Assembly (NCBI GenBank): GCA_039179915.1
Contig: JBCDEF010000001.1
Coordinates: forward strand, 1 to 53,036
Direction: 5' to 3'
Length of the DNA stretch: 53,036 nucleotides
DNA from: Planctomycetota bacterium
GTDB taxonomy: Bacteria > Planctomycetota > Phycisphaerae > Phycisphaerales > UBA1924
Positions 16,390-25,305 of the stretch are shown piece after piece. The notes under the pieces are model-generated. The model searched no databases. It was not told the DNA's origin and saw only the letters and a list, made by a program, of their open reading frames with translations. The number at the start of each line of letters is the position of its first letter. The first letter of the stretch is position 1. A program made the position numbers and the translations under genes.

Positions 16390-17316
16390 CTACCCGCTCC
16401 CGGACCAGATCCGCGCCGCGTCGACCGAGATCGCGCCGGCCGTCGCCGACAGACGCGCCGAGACACCTTCCTGCGCAAACGACGCCAGCAGACCGCCGAC
16501 GACGAGCTGCCACCCGTCGACCAGCACAAACAGCAACAGCTTGAACGGCAGCGAGATCAGCACCGGCGGCAGCATCATCATGCTCATCGAGATCAGCAGC
16601 GCCGCGATCACCATGTCGATGACCAGGAACGGCAGGTAGACCCGGAAGCCCATCAGGAACGCGGTCTTGAGCTCGCTGAGCATGAACGCCGGGATGAGCG
16701 CGACCATGTCGACGTCGGCCCGCGTCAGCGAGGCGGGGTCGGAGGTGTCCACGCCGCGGTAGTTCAGGACCATGTAGAGGCTCGACCAGTTACCGGTGAC
16801 CTCGATCTGGTCGAACATGAAGTCGCGCATCGGCTGGCGGGCTTTCTCCCAGAGCTCGTCGTAGCTTCGGATCTCACCGCGGTTGTACGGGTCGAGCGCC
16901 TCGTCGTAGATCCGCTCGAGCGTGGGCGCCATCACGAGCATGGTCATGAACAGGGCCAGCCCCGTGAGCACCTGCGGCGGTGGCAGGCTCTGGGTGCCGA
17001 GCGCCTGGCGGACCAGCCCGAGGACGATCAGGATGCGCACGAAGCTGGTGGTCATCAGCAGGATCGACGGGGCGAGCGTGATCACCGAGAGCAGGATCAT
17101 CACGTTGATCGCCGCCGACAGCGACCCGCCGTCGGGCGCCTGGGACGCGGCGTCGTCGCCGGGCAGCAGCGAGCCGGCCGCGGAGAGCACCGCCATCGGG
17201 TTCGACTGATCCGGCGCGGGCGGGCCCAGGACGGGCAGGCTCTGGCCCGACGCGACCGACACGCACAGCGCGCACAGGGCTGCGGCGATCAAGACCGGGA
17301 GCAGCGACCGGCTCAT
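16390..17316 (-). CDS. fliP: flagellar export apparatus protein FliP
   Basis: Signal peptide followed by ILLSVITLAPSILLMTTSFVRILIVLGLVRQALGTQSLPPPQVLTGLALFMT. Confidence 0.95.
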   Translation of the reverse strand: MSRSLLPVLIAAALCALCVSVASGQSLPVLGPPAPDQSNPMAVLSAAGSLLPGDDAASQAPDGGSLSAAINVMILLSVITLAPSILLMTTSFVRILIVLGLVRQALGTQSLPPPQVLTGLALFMTMLVMAPTLERIYDEALDPYNRGEIRSYDELWEKARQPMRDFMFDQIEVTGNWSSLYMVLNYRGVDTSDPASLTRADVDMVALIPAFMLSELKTAFLMGFRVYLPFLVIDMVIAALLISMSMMMLPPVLISLPFKLLLFVLVDGWQLVVGGLLASFAQEGVSARLSATAGAISVDAARIWSGSG

Positions 17317-17975
17317 CGGCGGGCTCCCAACACGCCGAGCATCGACTTCAGCGGCGAGCCGCCGGTCAGGTCGACAACCTCGACGCCGTCGGCCCGGGCG
17401 GTCGGCCCGGTGTTCATCCCGCCGGCCTTGGTCAGGGCCTCGGCGAACCCGCCGCCTGAGGCCGAGGTTTTGCCGACGATGCTGGCGACCTCATCCGGGT
17501 CGGCGATCTCGCACAGGGTCGCCATGCTCGGCGGGGCGCCGACGCGGGCCCCGGCCGACTGCGCAACCAGCAGCACCCGCCGGTCGACTTTCATCAGCAG
17601 CAGCGTCTGCCCGCGGCCGACGGGGTATCGGCCCAAGACATCGAGAATCCCGCCGGGCGAGCGCGAGGCGCCCGGCTGGCCCGCGAGCGCGCCGGACCGC
17701 TGCATGACCCACCTGTAGCCGGCCGCGCAGACAACGACGAGCCCGATGACCGCCGCGAGCGAGGCCACGGTGTTGCCGATCGTGCCGCCGCCGCTGGTCG
17801 TCGTCTCGCTGCCGGCGACCAGCGGGCTGGCTTCGACGGCCGGCACCGGGCCGAGTCCGCGGAACTCGGGCGCGAGACCGGCCGGCGCGTCAGACGGAAC
17901 GGCCTGCGGGCCCTGCTGCGCGCCGACGCACAGCAACGGCCACGCAGCGAGAATGAAGAAGAACAATCGCCGCAT
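17313..17975 (-). CDS. fliO: flagellar protein FliO (FliZ-type)
   Basis: Positioned upstream of fliP with an ATGA overlap. One TM helix (LAAVIGLVVVCAAGY) followed by ILDVLGRYPVGRGQTLLLMKVDRRVLLV. It is longer than usual, with a signal-like N-terminus. Confidence 0.7.
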   Translation of the reverse strand: MRRLFFFILAAWPLLCVGAQQGPQAVPSDAPAGLAPEFRGLGPVPAVEASPLVAGSETTTSGGGTIGNTVASLAAVIGLVVVCAAGYRWVMQRSGALAGQPGASRSPGGILDVLGRYPVGRGQTLLLMKVDRRVLLVAQSAGARVGAPPSMATLCEIADPDEVASIVGKTSASGGGFAEALTKAGGMNTGPTARADGVEVVDLTGGSPLKSMLGVLGARR

Positions 17976-18014
17976 CGTGCCATCCTGGCTTCGCAGCCGC
18001 GGGCTCCACCCGCG

Positions 18015-18030
18015 AGCAAGAACACTGCCC
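18015..18030 (-). promoter_or_regulatory. sigma-54-type promoter candidate gGGCAG-tgttc-TTGCT upstream of fliO
   Basis: The minus strand reads GGGCAGTGTTCTTGCT with GG-N10-GC spacing. It lies in the 58-nt fliN-fliO spacer; the -12 GC is ~41 nt from the fliO ATG. Confidence 0.4.
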
Positions 18031-18033
18031 CGC

Positions 18034-18588
18034 TTAGGCGGGCTCGGCCTGATCGGCCTCGAGAATCTCGTTTACACGCACGCAGAAGTTGTCGTTGAGC
18101 ACGAGCACCTCGCCGCGGGCGACAAGCCGTTCGTTGACATAGACATCGACCGGGTCTCCCGCGAGCTTGTCGAGCTCGACGACCGCGCCCCGCGCCAGCC
18201 GCAGCACGTCCTCGACCAGCATGCGGGTCCGCCCGAGCTCGATCGTCACGTGCACATCCACATCGGAGAGCAGGTCGAGCCCCTTGGGCATCGGCGCGAG
18301 GTCGCCGGGGTCGAAGCTCGGGGCGACGAGCGGTGCGGCGCCGGCGGGCATGCCGCCGAACCCGGGCTGCGGCTCCGGCTGCGTGTCCGACTGATGCTTG
18401 AGGGCCTCGACCGCGGCCTGGGCGGCGCGGAGCGCAGCGGCCGCCTCATCGCTCGGGTCGTCCGCGGCATCTGGGCCCGAATCCTCAGGATCGGTACCCA
18501 TCGGCTGGTCGCCCGAGGGCGGGGGCGAGCCCGGATCGTTCCCGTCCGTCCCGCTCCCCGGGTTTTCGTGTTCATCGGCCATGTGCAT
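18034..18588 (-). CDS. fliN: flagellar motor switch protein FliN
   Basis: C-terminal SpoA domain [71 protein letters not shown]. It has a ~100-aa acidic/Pro-rich N-terminal extension. Confidence 0.9.
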   Translation of the reverse strand: MHMADEHENPGSGTDGNDPGSPPPSGDQPMGTDPEDSGPDAADDPSDEAAAALRAAQAAVEALKHQSDTQPEPQPGFGGMPAGAAPLVAPSFDPGDLAPMPKGLDLLSDVDVHVTIELGRTRMLVEDVLRLARGAVVELDKLAGDPVDVYVNERLVARGEVLVLNDNFCVRVNEILEADQAEPA

Positions 18589-18710
18589 CGACTCCGTCGA
18601 TCCGCATCAGTGCGTGCATGTACCATCGGCCCGCCGCGGGCGGGGGGTCCACACTGCACCGCGGAATCCGCGCGGCCGCGCAGGATCTGCGCAGCTCGTT
18701 GCCGAAGGCG

Positions 18711-19244
18711 TCAGAAATCGGCCGGTGCGCCGCGGAGACGCGGGATCAGGACTGTCTCGACCCGGGGCTGTCCCTCGGCGTCGGTCCCGAACAGCTCCTG
18801 GCAATAGGCGAGCAGCTTGCGTTTGATGCTCCGCAGCTCCGGCTCGCGGAGCTGGGTGTGGGTCGCCTTGCGGATGATCTCGCCCACGCCCGAAGCGATC
18901 TCGGCGGTCCGGCCCTCGAGCGTCTTCTGGACGGCGGCCTCGTTCTTTCGCTTGACCTGCACGAACAGCTCGGTGTCCCACTGCCAGACCCGGCCGGTGT
19001 GCATGTTCTGGAACCGGTCGGCGATGACCTGCATCTCGATCAGGGCATCCGGGTCGGTCTCGGGGTCGTACTCGACCGCGGCCGACGCCTCGCCCGCCCC
19101 GCCGCCCGAGAGCAGCAGGAACGCGCCGACGGCGGCGACTTCGAGCACCATGATGCCCGCAACGATCGCGAGCAGCTTCTTGGGCATGCCGCCGGCGGGC
19201 TTCTCGTCGGCGGCTGCGGTGTCGGTGGTTGGTTCATCGGCCAT
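18711..19244 (-). CDS. fliL: flagellar basal-body-associated protein FliL
   Basis: Single N-terminal TM helix (KKLLAIVAGIMVLEVAAVGAFLLL) and a position after motB. The C-terminal region is FliL-like. Confidence 0.75.
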   Translation of the reverse strand: MADEPTTDTAAADEKPAGGMPKKLLAIVAGIMVLEVAAVGAFLLLSGGGAGEASAAVEYDPETDPDALIEMQVIADRFQNMHTGRVWQWDTELFVQVKRKNEAAVQKTLEGRTAEIASGVGEIIRKATHTQLREPELRSIKRKLLAYCQELFGTDAEGQPRVETVLIPRLRGAPADF

Positions 19245-19268
19245 GGGTCGATACTCCGCTCATACGGC

Positions 19269-20018
19269 TCAGCGGGCCCCGGGGTTGGTGAAGTTCGGAT
19301 CCGGATGCACATCATCGGGCAGCACGCCGGTCAGGATCACCTGAACACGGCGGTTCGAGGCCATCGCCAGCGCGTCGCCCGTCCGGACGCTCTTGGGCTC
19401 GGAATTCCCGACCGCGGTGATCACCAGCCGGCTCGAGCGGATGCCCTCGGTCACGAGAAAGTCTTTGACCGCCCGGGCCCGCTCGAAGCTCATGCGATCG
19501 AGCCCGCCGGCCTCGGCCCGGTCCTGCCGGCCGAAGGCGTGGCCCCTGATCTCGACCTTGAACCGCAGGCCCTGGAGCTTCGGCACGACCTCGCTCGCGA
19601 TGTAGGACTTCGACGAGGCCGAAAGCTCGCTGCTGCCCGGCCCAAAGGCGATCTCGGTGCCCACGACCGTCCGCGGGCCCTCGGAGATGTGGCTCGTCGT
19701 CGGGTCCGGCCCGCTGACCGAGGGCGATCGGGACGCGGCCGTCTCGACGTCCTTGGCGATCCGGTTGACGAACTCGTCGAGGTTGGTCATCTGCGACTGG
19801 TTGGGCGGGGTGTCGGTATCGATCTCGCCGATGCCGCCGCGGTAGCCGAAGGCCTCCTGGATCGATTTGACGACGTCCTGGAAGTCGCGTTCTTGCTTGA
19901 GCTCGCTGAACGCCGCCAGCAAAATAAAGAAGCAGAGTAGCAGCGACATGAGGTCGCCGTAGGTCACCACCCACTCGGGGATGTCGCCCCCGCCGCCGCG
20001 TTGCTTCTTTCTGGGCAT
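19269..20018 (-). CDS. motB: flagellar stator protein MotB
   Basis: WVVTYGDLMSLLLCFFILL TM helix with the conserved Asp. C-terminal OmpA-like domain (FGPGSSELS...MSFERARAVKDFL). Confidence 0.9.
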   Translation of the reverse strand: MPRKKQRGGGGDIPEWVVTYGDLMSLLLCFFILLAAFSELKQERDFQDVVKSIQEAFGYRGGIGEIDTDTPPNQSQMTNLDEFVNRIAKDVETAASRSPSVSGPDPTTSHISEGPRTVVGTEIAFGPGSSELSASSKSYIASEVVPKLQGLRFKVEIRGHAFGRQDRAEAGGLDRMSFERARAVKDFLVTEGIRSSRLVITAVGNSEPKSVRTGDALAMASNRRVQVILTGVLPDDVHPDPNFTNPGAR

Positions 20019-20028
20019 CGCAGCGCTC

Positions 20029-20799
20029 CTAAGCGGCCTCGAGCACGGCTTCGCGCTGGTTCGGCGGGAGGAAGGTCGCGAGCTTGGCCTGGACGACGCG
20101 CGGGTTGTCGCCCGACTGGATCGACATCACGCCGGCCACGATGATCGACTTGACCATGACCTCCTCGGCGTCTTTGGCGGCGAGCTTCTCGGCGATGGGG
20201 CTGGCGAACAGGTTCGCGATCATCGCGCCGTAAAGCGTAGTAATGAGCGCGACGGCCATGCCGGGGCCGATCGCCGCTGGGTCGTCCATCGATTGCAGCA
20301 TGAAGATCAGCCCGAGCAGTGTGCCGATCATGCCGTAGGCCGGCGCGAACTTGGCGATCGAATCGAGCATGCCCTTGCCCGAGGCGTGGCGGTCCATCAG
20401 CGCCTCGAGCTCGGTGTCCATGATGTCCTTGATCAGCTCAGGATCCGTGCCGTCGACGGCCATCTTGATCCCGCGGACGATAAACGGGTCCTTCATATCG
20501 CCGGTCATGTTCTCAAGGCTCAGGATCCCCTCGCGCCGGGCGAGTTCCGCGTATTTGACCAGGTCCTGGATGATCTCGACCGGGTCGGGCGGCGACGAGA
20601 AGATCGCCTGCATCACGACCGTGTGCAGCTTGGTGATCCTGGCCAGGGGGAAGCAGATGGTGACCGCGCCGATCGTGCCGATAATCACGACAAAAATCGA
20701 GACCACGTCGATCAACGCGAGAGGGTTGCCGCCGAAAACGACACCCAGCGCGATCGCCGCGACAGCCACAACCAGCCCGATAATGGTGCCGATATCCAA
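20029..20799 (-). CDS. motA: flagellar stator protein MotA
   Basis: 256 aa, 4-TM MotA/TolQ/ExbB architecture (DIGTIIGLVVAVAAIALG...AYGMIGTLLGLIFML). TTG start preceded by AGGGGG. Confidence 0.9.
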   Translation of the reverse strand: MDIGTIIGLVVAVAAIALGVVFGGNPLALIDVVSIFVVIIGTIGAVTICFPLARITKLHTVVMQAIFSSPPDPVEIIQDLVKYAELARREGILSLENMTGDMKDPFIVRGIKMAVDGTDPELIKDIMDTELEALMDRHASGKGMLDSIAKFAPAYGMIGTLLGLIFMLQSMDDPAAIGPGMAVALITTLYGAMIANLFASPIAEKLAAKDAEEVMVKSIIVAGVMSIQSGDNPRVVQAKLATFLPPNQREAVLEAA

Positions 20800-20823
20800 C
20801 GCACAGCCCCCTGCGCCGCCCAG

Positions 20824-20843
20824 GCCCCCGCTCCGTCGGGGGC
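20824..20843 (-). other. 7-bp all-G/C hairpin between flbD and motA
   Basis: GCCCCCG-ctccgt-CGGGGGC. There is no U-tract on the minus strand. Confidence 0.4.
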
Positions 20844-20853
20844 TCTACCAGTG

Positions 20854-20881
20854 GCATCGGGGCTTGCCGCCGCCCGCTTGA
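20854..20881 (-). promoter_or_regulatory. weak sigma-28-like motif TCAAG-N15-CCCGATGC upstream of motA
   Basis: The minus strand reads tTCAAG cgggcggcggcaagc CCCGATGC, which gives 5/8 matches in the -10 element. Confidence 0.2.
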
Positions 20882-20931
20882 ACGCACAAGGCGTACCGAG
20901 CACCCGCGGGGTGGGGTTGGTCGGGCCGGGT

Positions 20932-21129
20932 TCAGTCTTTTGGCCGGTACGCCCGCAGCCGCCGCCCGTAGTCGATCGCCAGCTCGATCACCGAGGGGAC
21001 CGGTTCTTTGACCACGAGCCGATCGCCGTTGATCAGGGTGATGATCGTGTCCGGCGTCGCTTCGAGCGTTTTGATCAGCTCCGCGTTGACGACGATCCGA
21101 TCGCCGTTGAGCCGGGTGACGGTGATCAC
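20932..21129 (-). CDS. flbD: flagellar protein FlbD
   Basis: 65 aa. ITVTRLNGDRIVVNAELIKTLEATPDTIITLINGDRLVVKE is a typical FlbD sequence, in the canonical position between flgE and motA. Confidence 0.85.
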   Translation of the reverse strand: MITVTRLNGDRIVVNAELIKTLEATPDTIITLINGDRLVVKEPVPSVIELAIDYGRRLRAYRPKD

Positions 21130-21170
21130 GGCGCGAGTTCCTTGTCCAGCCTGTGTCCTGGCATCATCGT

Positions 21171-22928
21171 TTACCGCCCGATAACAAGGAGCTGCTGAAT
21201 GAGCTCGTCGCTGGTCTGGATCACACGGGCCGAGGCGGAGTATCCCGTCGAGGCCAGGATCAGGTCGATGAACTCTTCGCCCAGGTCGACGTTGCTGGTC
21301 TCCAGCGCTCCGGCGACGACGCGTCCGGTGCCCTGCTGCAGAGGCTCAGCGATGATCGCCGGGCCGGAGTTCGGCCCGGGCCGGTAGAGGTTCTGTTCGA
21401 CCTCGACGAGACCCTCGGGCACCGTGAAGTCCGCGAGCGTGATCTGCCCGAGCCGGCGGATCAATCCGTTGCTGAACGTCCCCGAGATGATGCCGTCGGG
21501 CTGCACGGCGTAGCTGCTGAGCGTGCCGATCGGCACGCCGTCCTGAAAGGTCGAGACGAGGGAGGAATCGGTGTCGGACAGGGCGGTGATCCGGTCGCCG
21601 TCGCTTTCAAAGTTCAACTGGAAGGTCAGCGGCGTTGCGGCACCCGTGTTGTCTCGGTCGAGCGTGACGGACGCGTTCTGCGGCTGGATAATCTGGCCGA
21701 AGTTATCGAACTCGATCAGCCCGGAGCCGATCCGCGGGCCGCCGACGGTGTCGTCGGGGCTCTCGGCGAAGTAGCGCCAGGTCGTGCCGGTGTTGGTCTT
21801 GGCCTCGAGGGTCATGGCCAGATCGACCCGCAGCGGAGTGCCGAGCGAATCGAAGACGGTCATCGCGGTGCGGACGCTCTCGCCCGTGGCCGACTGATCG
21901 CGTGTGGCCAGGAACGGCTGGCCGCTGAGCGTGCCGTCCGGGTTGAAAACGCGGATGTCCTCGCCGGTCAGCGCGATATCGTTGGCTTCGCCGGCGTTGC
22001 CGGTGATCTGCAGCGCGCCGGACAGCGGATCGATCGTCGCGCCCGGGCTCGTCCCGTCGTTGTTGGGCCCGGTTGTTGTCTGCAGTCCCAGCGCCTCGTT
22101 GAAGAACGTCAGCAGATCCTGCACGGTCGAGGCGGCGTCGACCAGGAAGCTCGCGGCGCCGATGCTCTGCGTGCCCTTCTCAGCCCCGTCGAGCTGGATC
22201 GTCTGCCCCGCGGAGAACGCCGGCGTGCCCGTCCCCGGGGCCGAGGGCGACTCGACCTCGCTGAGCAGGCTCGTGGTCTCAATCACGTTCGGCGGCGTCG
22301 GGAGTGTCGCCGCTCCCGGGACGAGCGATAGCCCCAGCCCGCCGCTGCCCAGCAGCGTGTGCACCGACCCGCTGGTGGCGACCGCGCCCGACGCGTTGAG
22401 GTTCCCCGCGAGGCTGACCTCGGTGGTCGCCTCGGCGATGGTCAGGTCACCGACGGGCACGCTGATGCGCCCGAGCTCGCCGGGCTGGATGTTGAAGTTC
22501 TCGTCGACGCCGTAGCCGCGCACGAAGTCGCCGTCGATCGTGGTCAGGAAGTCTTCCCGGTCTGTCCGAAAGTTGCCGACGCGGGTAAACAACTGCTCGC
22601 CGCCCCGCTCGACGACGAAGAACCCGTCGCCCTCGATCGCCAGGTCGCGTGAGTCGCCCGTGCCGTTGAGCGAGCCGGGCGTCATGTTTCGCTGTGTGCC
22701 GCTGATCGTAACACCCTGGCCGAACTGCGTGGGGTTCGTGCCGCCGATCGAGCTGCCGGGCGAGGATCCTTCCGAGACCGTTCGCGAGAGCGCGTTGGCG
22801 AAGTTGATCCGCGACGACTTGAAGCCGTTGGTGTTGACGTTCGAGATGTTGTTGCCGATCACGTCGATGTTCCGGCTGCTCGCGTTGAGCCCGGAGAGAC
22901 CGATGAACAGGCTGGTGGTCGATGCCAT
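21171..22928 (-). CDS. flgE: flagellar hook protein FlgE
   Basis: N-terminus SLFIGLSGLNASSRNIDVIGNNISNVNTNGFK and C-terminus VAGALETSNVDLGEEFIDLILASTGYSASARVIQTSDELIQQLL. Confidence 0.93.
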   Translation of the reverse strand: MASTTSLFIGLSGLNASSRNIDVIGNNISNVNTNGFKSSRINFANALSRTVSEGSSPGSSIGGTNPTQFGQGVTISGTQRNMTPGSLNGTGDSRDLAIEGDGFFVVERGGEQLFTRVGNFRTDREDFLTTIDGDFVRGYGVDENFNIQPGELGRISVPVGDLTIAEATTEVSLAGNLNASGAVATSGSVHTLLGSGGLGLSLVPGAATLPTPPNVIETTSLLSEVESPSAPGTGTPAFSAGQTIQLDGAEKGTQSIGAASFLVDAASTVQDLLTFFNEALGLQTTTGPNNDGTSPGATIDPLSGALQITGNAGEANDIALTGEDIRVFNPDGTLSGQPFLATRDQSATGESVRTAMTVFDSLGTPLRVDLAMTLEAKTNTGTTWRYFAESPDDTVGGPRIGSGLIEFDNFGQIIQPQNASVTLDRDNTGAATPLTFQLNFESDGDRITALSDTDSSLVSTFQDGVPIGTLSSYAVQPDGIISGTFSNGLIRRLGQITLADFTVPEGLVEVEQNLYRPGPNSGPAIIAEPLQQGTGRVVAGALETSNVDLGEEFIDLILASTGYSASARVIQTSDELIQQLLVIGR

Positions 22929-22984
22929 GAAACAGTTCCTTGGGTCGGCGGGCGTTTCAGGACGCCGGGATCACGACAACAGGC

Positions 22985-23452
22985 TCAGGCCCGGTCGCCG
23001 AGCAAGCGGAGAAGGTCCGGGTTCCGGATGTCGCTGGGCAGGGTGGCGGGGGTCGCCGCGGCCTCGGGCGGCGCAAACACGAACGCGTCGATCGAATCTT
23101 CCAGGCCCGACGATCGGTCGACCACACCCGTGATCTGCCTGCTCTGCACGTCGAGCCTGTAGGCCGAGCCGTCGAGCATCACGACCGCCTGCTCGGCGCC
23201 GTTGGACGCGGCGCGATCCGCCGCGACCGAGACGCGTTCGAGCTGGGCAGCGCTCAGTTCCACGCCCGACCGCGCCGCGACCGTCACCGGCAGCCCGCTT
23301 GGGGCCACGTCGCCCGATGCCCCTTGGGCGCGGCCGAGCAGATCGGCAAACGGCTGCCCGCTCGCGATCCCGGAGACCGCACGCCCGGCCAGGCGGGTCG
23401 CCCCAGCCGCTGCGCCGACGAGCCCGAGCACATCGAGCGGCGTGCCGGTCAT
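22985..23452 (-). CDS. small flagellar operon protein (family found between flgD and flgE in Firmicutes/spirochaetes; TIGR02530 from memory)
   Basis: 155 aa from the ATG at 23452 (ATGA overlap with the flgD stop). SGVELSAAQLERVSVAADRAASNGAEQAVVMLDGSAYRLDVQSRQITGVVD matches the remembered family pattern. Confidence 0.5.
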   Translation of the reverse strand: MTGTPLDVLGLVGAAAGATRLAGRAVSGIASGQPFADLLGRAQGASGDVAPSGLPVTVAARSGVELSAAQLERVSVAADRAASNGAEQAVVMLDGSAYRLDVQSRQITGVVDRSSGLEDSIDAFVFAPPEAAATPATLPSDIRNPDLLRLLGDRA

Positions 23453-23895
23453 GAGCCCGCCCCGCTGCCGGCGACATCCGCCGTGCCGAACACGCCGGTG
23501 ACCGAGGTCAACGGCACGATCGATCCGTTGTCGAGCGTTACGCTCACACCGTCGCCGTTCTGCCCGACGCTCGCGACCGTGCGCTGCGTCGAGCCGTCGC
23601 CCGATGTGGTCACGTTCATCCCGATTAAGCCGGCGGCCGCGGTGAAGTCGGACCGGTCGGCGAGCTGCGCGAGCGTCTCGTTCAGCTCCGTGTCCGACTC
23701 GATCGAGCGGATCGTCGAGAGCTGTTCGAGCAGCGCGCTCGTATCGCTCGGCTCGAGCGGGTCCTGGTTGCCCAGCTCGGTCAGGATAATGCGGGTGAAC
23801 TCGTCTGAATCGAGCGAGCCGAACCCACGGTCGACCGGCGCGAGCGCATCGGTCGACAGGGCGCCGGCGGTCGTGCCGGCGGAAACCGCGTCCAT
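23449..23895 (-). CDS. flgD: flagellar hook capping/assembly protein FlgD
   Basis: SDEFTRIILTELGNQDPLEPSDTSALLEQLSTIRSIE is the FlgD N-terminal signature. Confidence 0.88.
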   Translation of the reverse strand: MDAVSAGTTAGALSTDALAPVDRGFGSLDSDEFTRIILTELGNQDPLEPSDTSALLEQLSTIRSIESDTELNETLAQLADRSDFTAAAGLIGMNVTTSGDGSTQRTVASVGQNGDGVSVTLDNGSIVPLTSVTGVFGTADVAGSGAGS

Positions 23896-23974
23896 GGGAT
23901 ATCCCCACCCGGCGCACCGATGGCGCGGCGGTCATGGGCTCAGCCGAACGCCTCCGCGGCCCGGCTCTCGTGCG

Positions 23975-25300
23975 TCAGGCGATCGTGTCGAGGCGGATCC
24001 AGCCTCCGGCCGGTTCCCGCGGGCGTCCGTGCTCCGGCACCCCGTCGATCGTGTCCGTGGACGCTCCGTCGTCCGGGTCGGCATCCTGCCCTCGGCGGGT
24101 TCCACCGCCGCTGTCTTCGGCACCCGCTCCGCCGGTGCCGGTGTGCATCCCGCCGCGTTCGCCTCCGGCGCCGCCGCATTCTGCGTTCTCCGAGCCGCCG
24201 GCGCCGCCTGCGATGCTCGGTCGCGCTTCACCCTCGGCCGCCTCCCGCAGCCGAACCTCGAGGCGGTCCACCGTGACGCCCCGCTGTTCCAGTGATGCAC
24301 GCAAACTCTCGATGCTCCTGCTGAGCAAGTCGCGTGCCGCGCTGTGCTCGGTCTCGATCACGCCGTCGACCCGGCCCGAGCGGACGCTCAGCGAGACCCG
24401 GACCTCCCCGAGCGCGTGCGGCGTCAGCCGCAGCGCGACCGACCCGCCGCCCTGGCGCAGCACATGCGCCAGCCCGCGCTGCACCTGCGCGGCCGGCTCG
24501 GCGTCCTGCGCGGCAGAGGCTGGCTTGGACGGCGCCGCCGCCTGGGGCTTCGCGCCCGGAGCGGTGCCCCGCTCGATACTGAAGACACCGCCGGCCGGCG
24601 CTTGACCGCCGCCCGGGCTCACGCCCGGGGCACCAGCCGCAGCAGCACCCGTGGCAGTGGCCGCCGATGCCGCCGACACACCCCGCAGCGTCGCGGCACC
24701 CGCCGGCGGTACGCCCGGCACCGCGTTCGGAGCGGTGCTCTGCGGGGTCGCTTCAGGGCTTGCTGCGGGAACAGCACGGGCCGAAGCACGCCCCGCAGCA
24801 GCGACATCGACCCCAGCGGGATCGGCCGCCGCCGACCCACGCCCAGAAGCCGACGACGATCCATCGTTCGAGGTTCCGCTCGCCTGCGGCTCGACCGGGG
24901 TTGGTCGTGCAGCGGCGTTCTTCGGTGCAAAACGTGGCTCTGTGACTTGAGGACCGGCTGATTCAGCCGCGGGCGGCTGCGTAGGCCGCTGCGCGAGCTG
25001 CTCGGCGGCCCGGCTCGCGGCATCAAGCCCCCGGCCGCGCAACCCCGGCGGGGGCGGCGACGACGCCAGCTCGCTCGCGGCGACCGCCGCGGCATCCTGA
25101 TCCGCCCCGGCCAGCGATCGGATCGCATCCGACGACGCACCGGGGACCACCGTTGCCGAATCGAGCATCACCGCGAACAGATCGAGCGTCTGCCGCCCGA
25201 GCGCGTGGCGGACGCGATCGCCGTCCGTCCGGCGGGCGGCCTCGGAACCCGGCGCCGGGCGCTCCGGCGGGATCGTGGAAAAAACCGAGTTGGTCGTCAT
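23975..25300 (-). CDS. fliK: flagellar hook-length control protein FliK
   Basis: Ala/Pro/Gly-rich ruler region. C-terminal Flg_hook domain LTPHALGEVRVSLSVRSGRVDGVIETEHSAARDLLSRSIESLRASLEQRGVTVDRLEV. Confidence 0.78.
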   Translation of the reverse strand: MTTNSVFSTIPPERPAPGSEAARRTDGDRVRHALGRQTLDLFAVMLDSATVVPGASSDAIRSLAGADQDAAAVAASELASSPPPPGLRGRGLDAASRAAEQLAQRPTQPPAAESAGPQVTEPRFAPKNAAARPTPVEPQASGTSNDGSSSASGRGSAAADPAGVDVAAAGRASARAVPAASPEATPQSTAPNAVPGVPPAGAATLRGVSAASAATATGAAAAGAPGVSPGGGQAPAGGVFSIERGTAPGAKPQAAAPSKPASAAQDAEPAAQVQRGLAHVLRQGGGSVALRLTPHALGEVRVSLSVRSGRVDGVIETEHSAARDLLSRSIESLRASLEQRGVTVDRLEVRLREAAEGEARPSIAGGAGGSENAECGGAGGERGGMHTGTGGAGAEDSGGGTRRGQDADPDDGASTDTIDGVPEHGRPREPAGGWIRLDTIA

Positions 25301-25305
25301 GCGGC

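Noticed and set aside
18688-18704. Minus-strand CGGCAACGAGCTGCGCA upstream of fliN
   Set aside because: The GG-to-GC spacing is 9 rather than 10, and sigma-54 spacing is essentially invariant.
20777-20784. Perfect GCCGATAA (sigma-28 -10) on the plus strand inside motA
   Set aside because: It lies antisense within coding sequence (it encodes IIGTIG on the other strand), has no TAAA at N15, and has no downstream plus-strand gene.
20852-20867. Plus-strand TGGCAT-N6-TTGC sigma-54-like string in the flbD-motA spacer
   Set aside because: The GG-to-GC spacing is 11 rather than 10, and it is on the strand with no downstream gene.
22985-23935. Full 316-aa ORF overlapping flgD
   Set aside because: Only the C-terminal 155 aa (from the ATG at 23452) are credible. 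The upstream part is an Arg-rich alternative frame of flgD.
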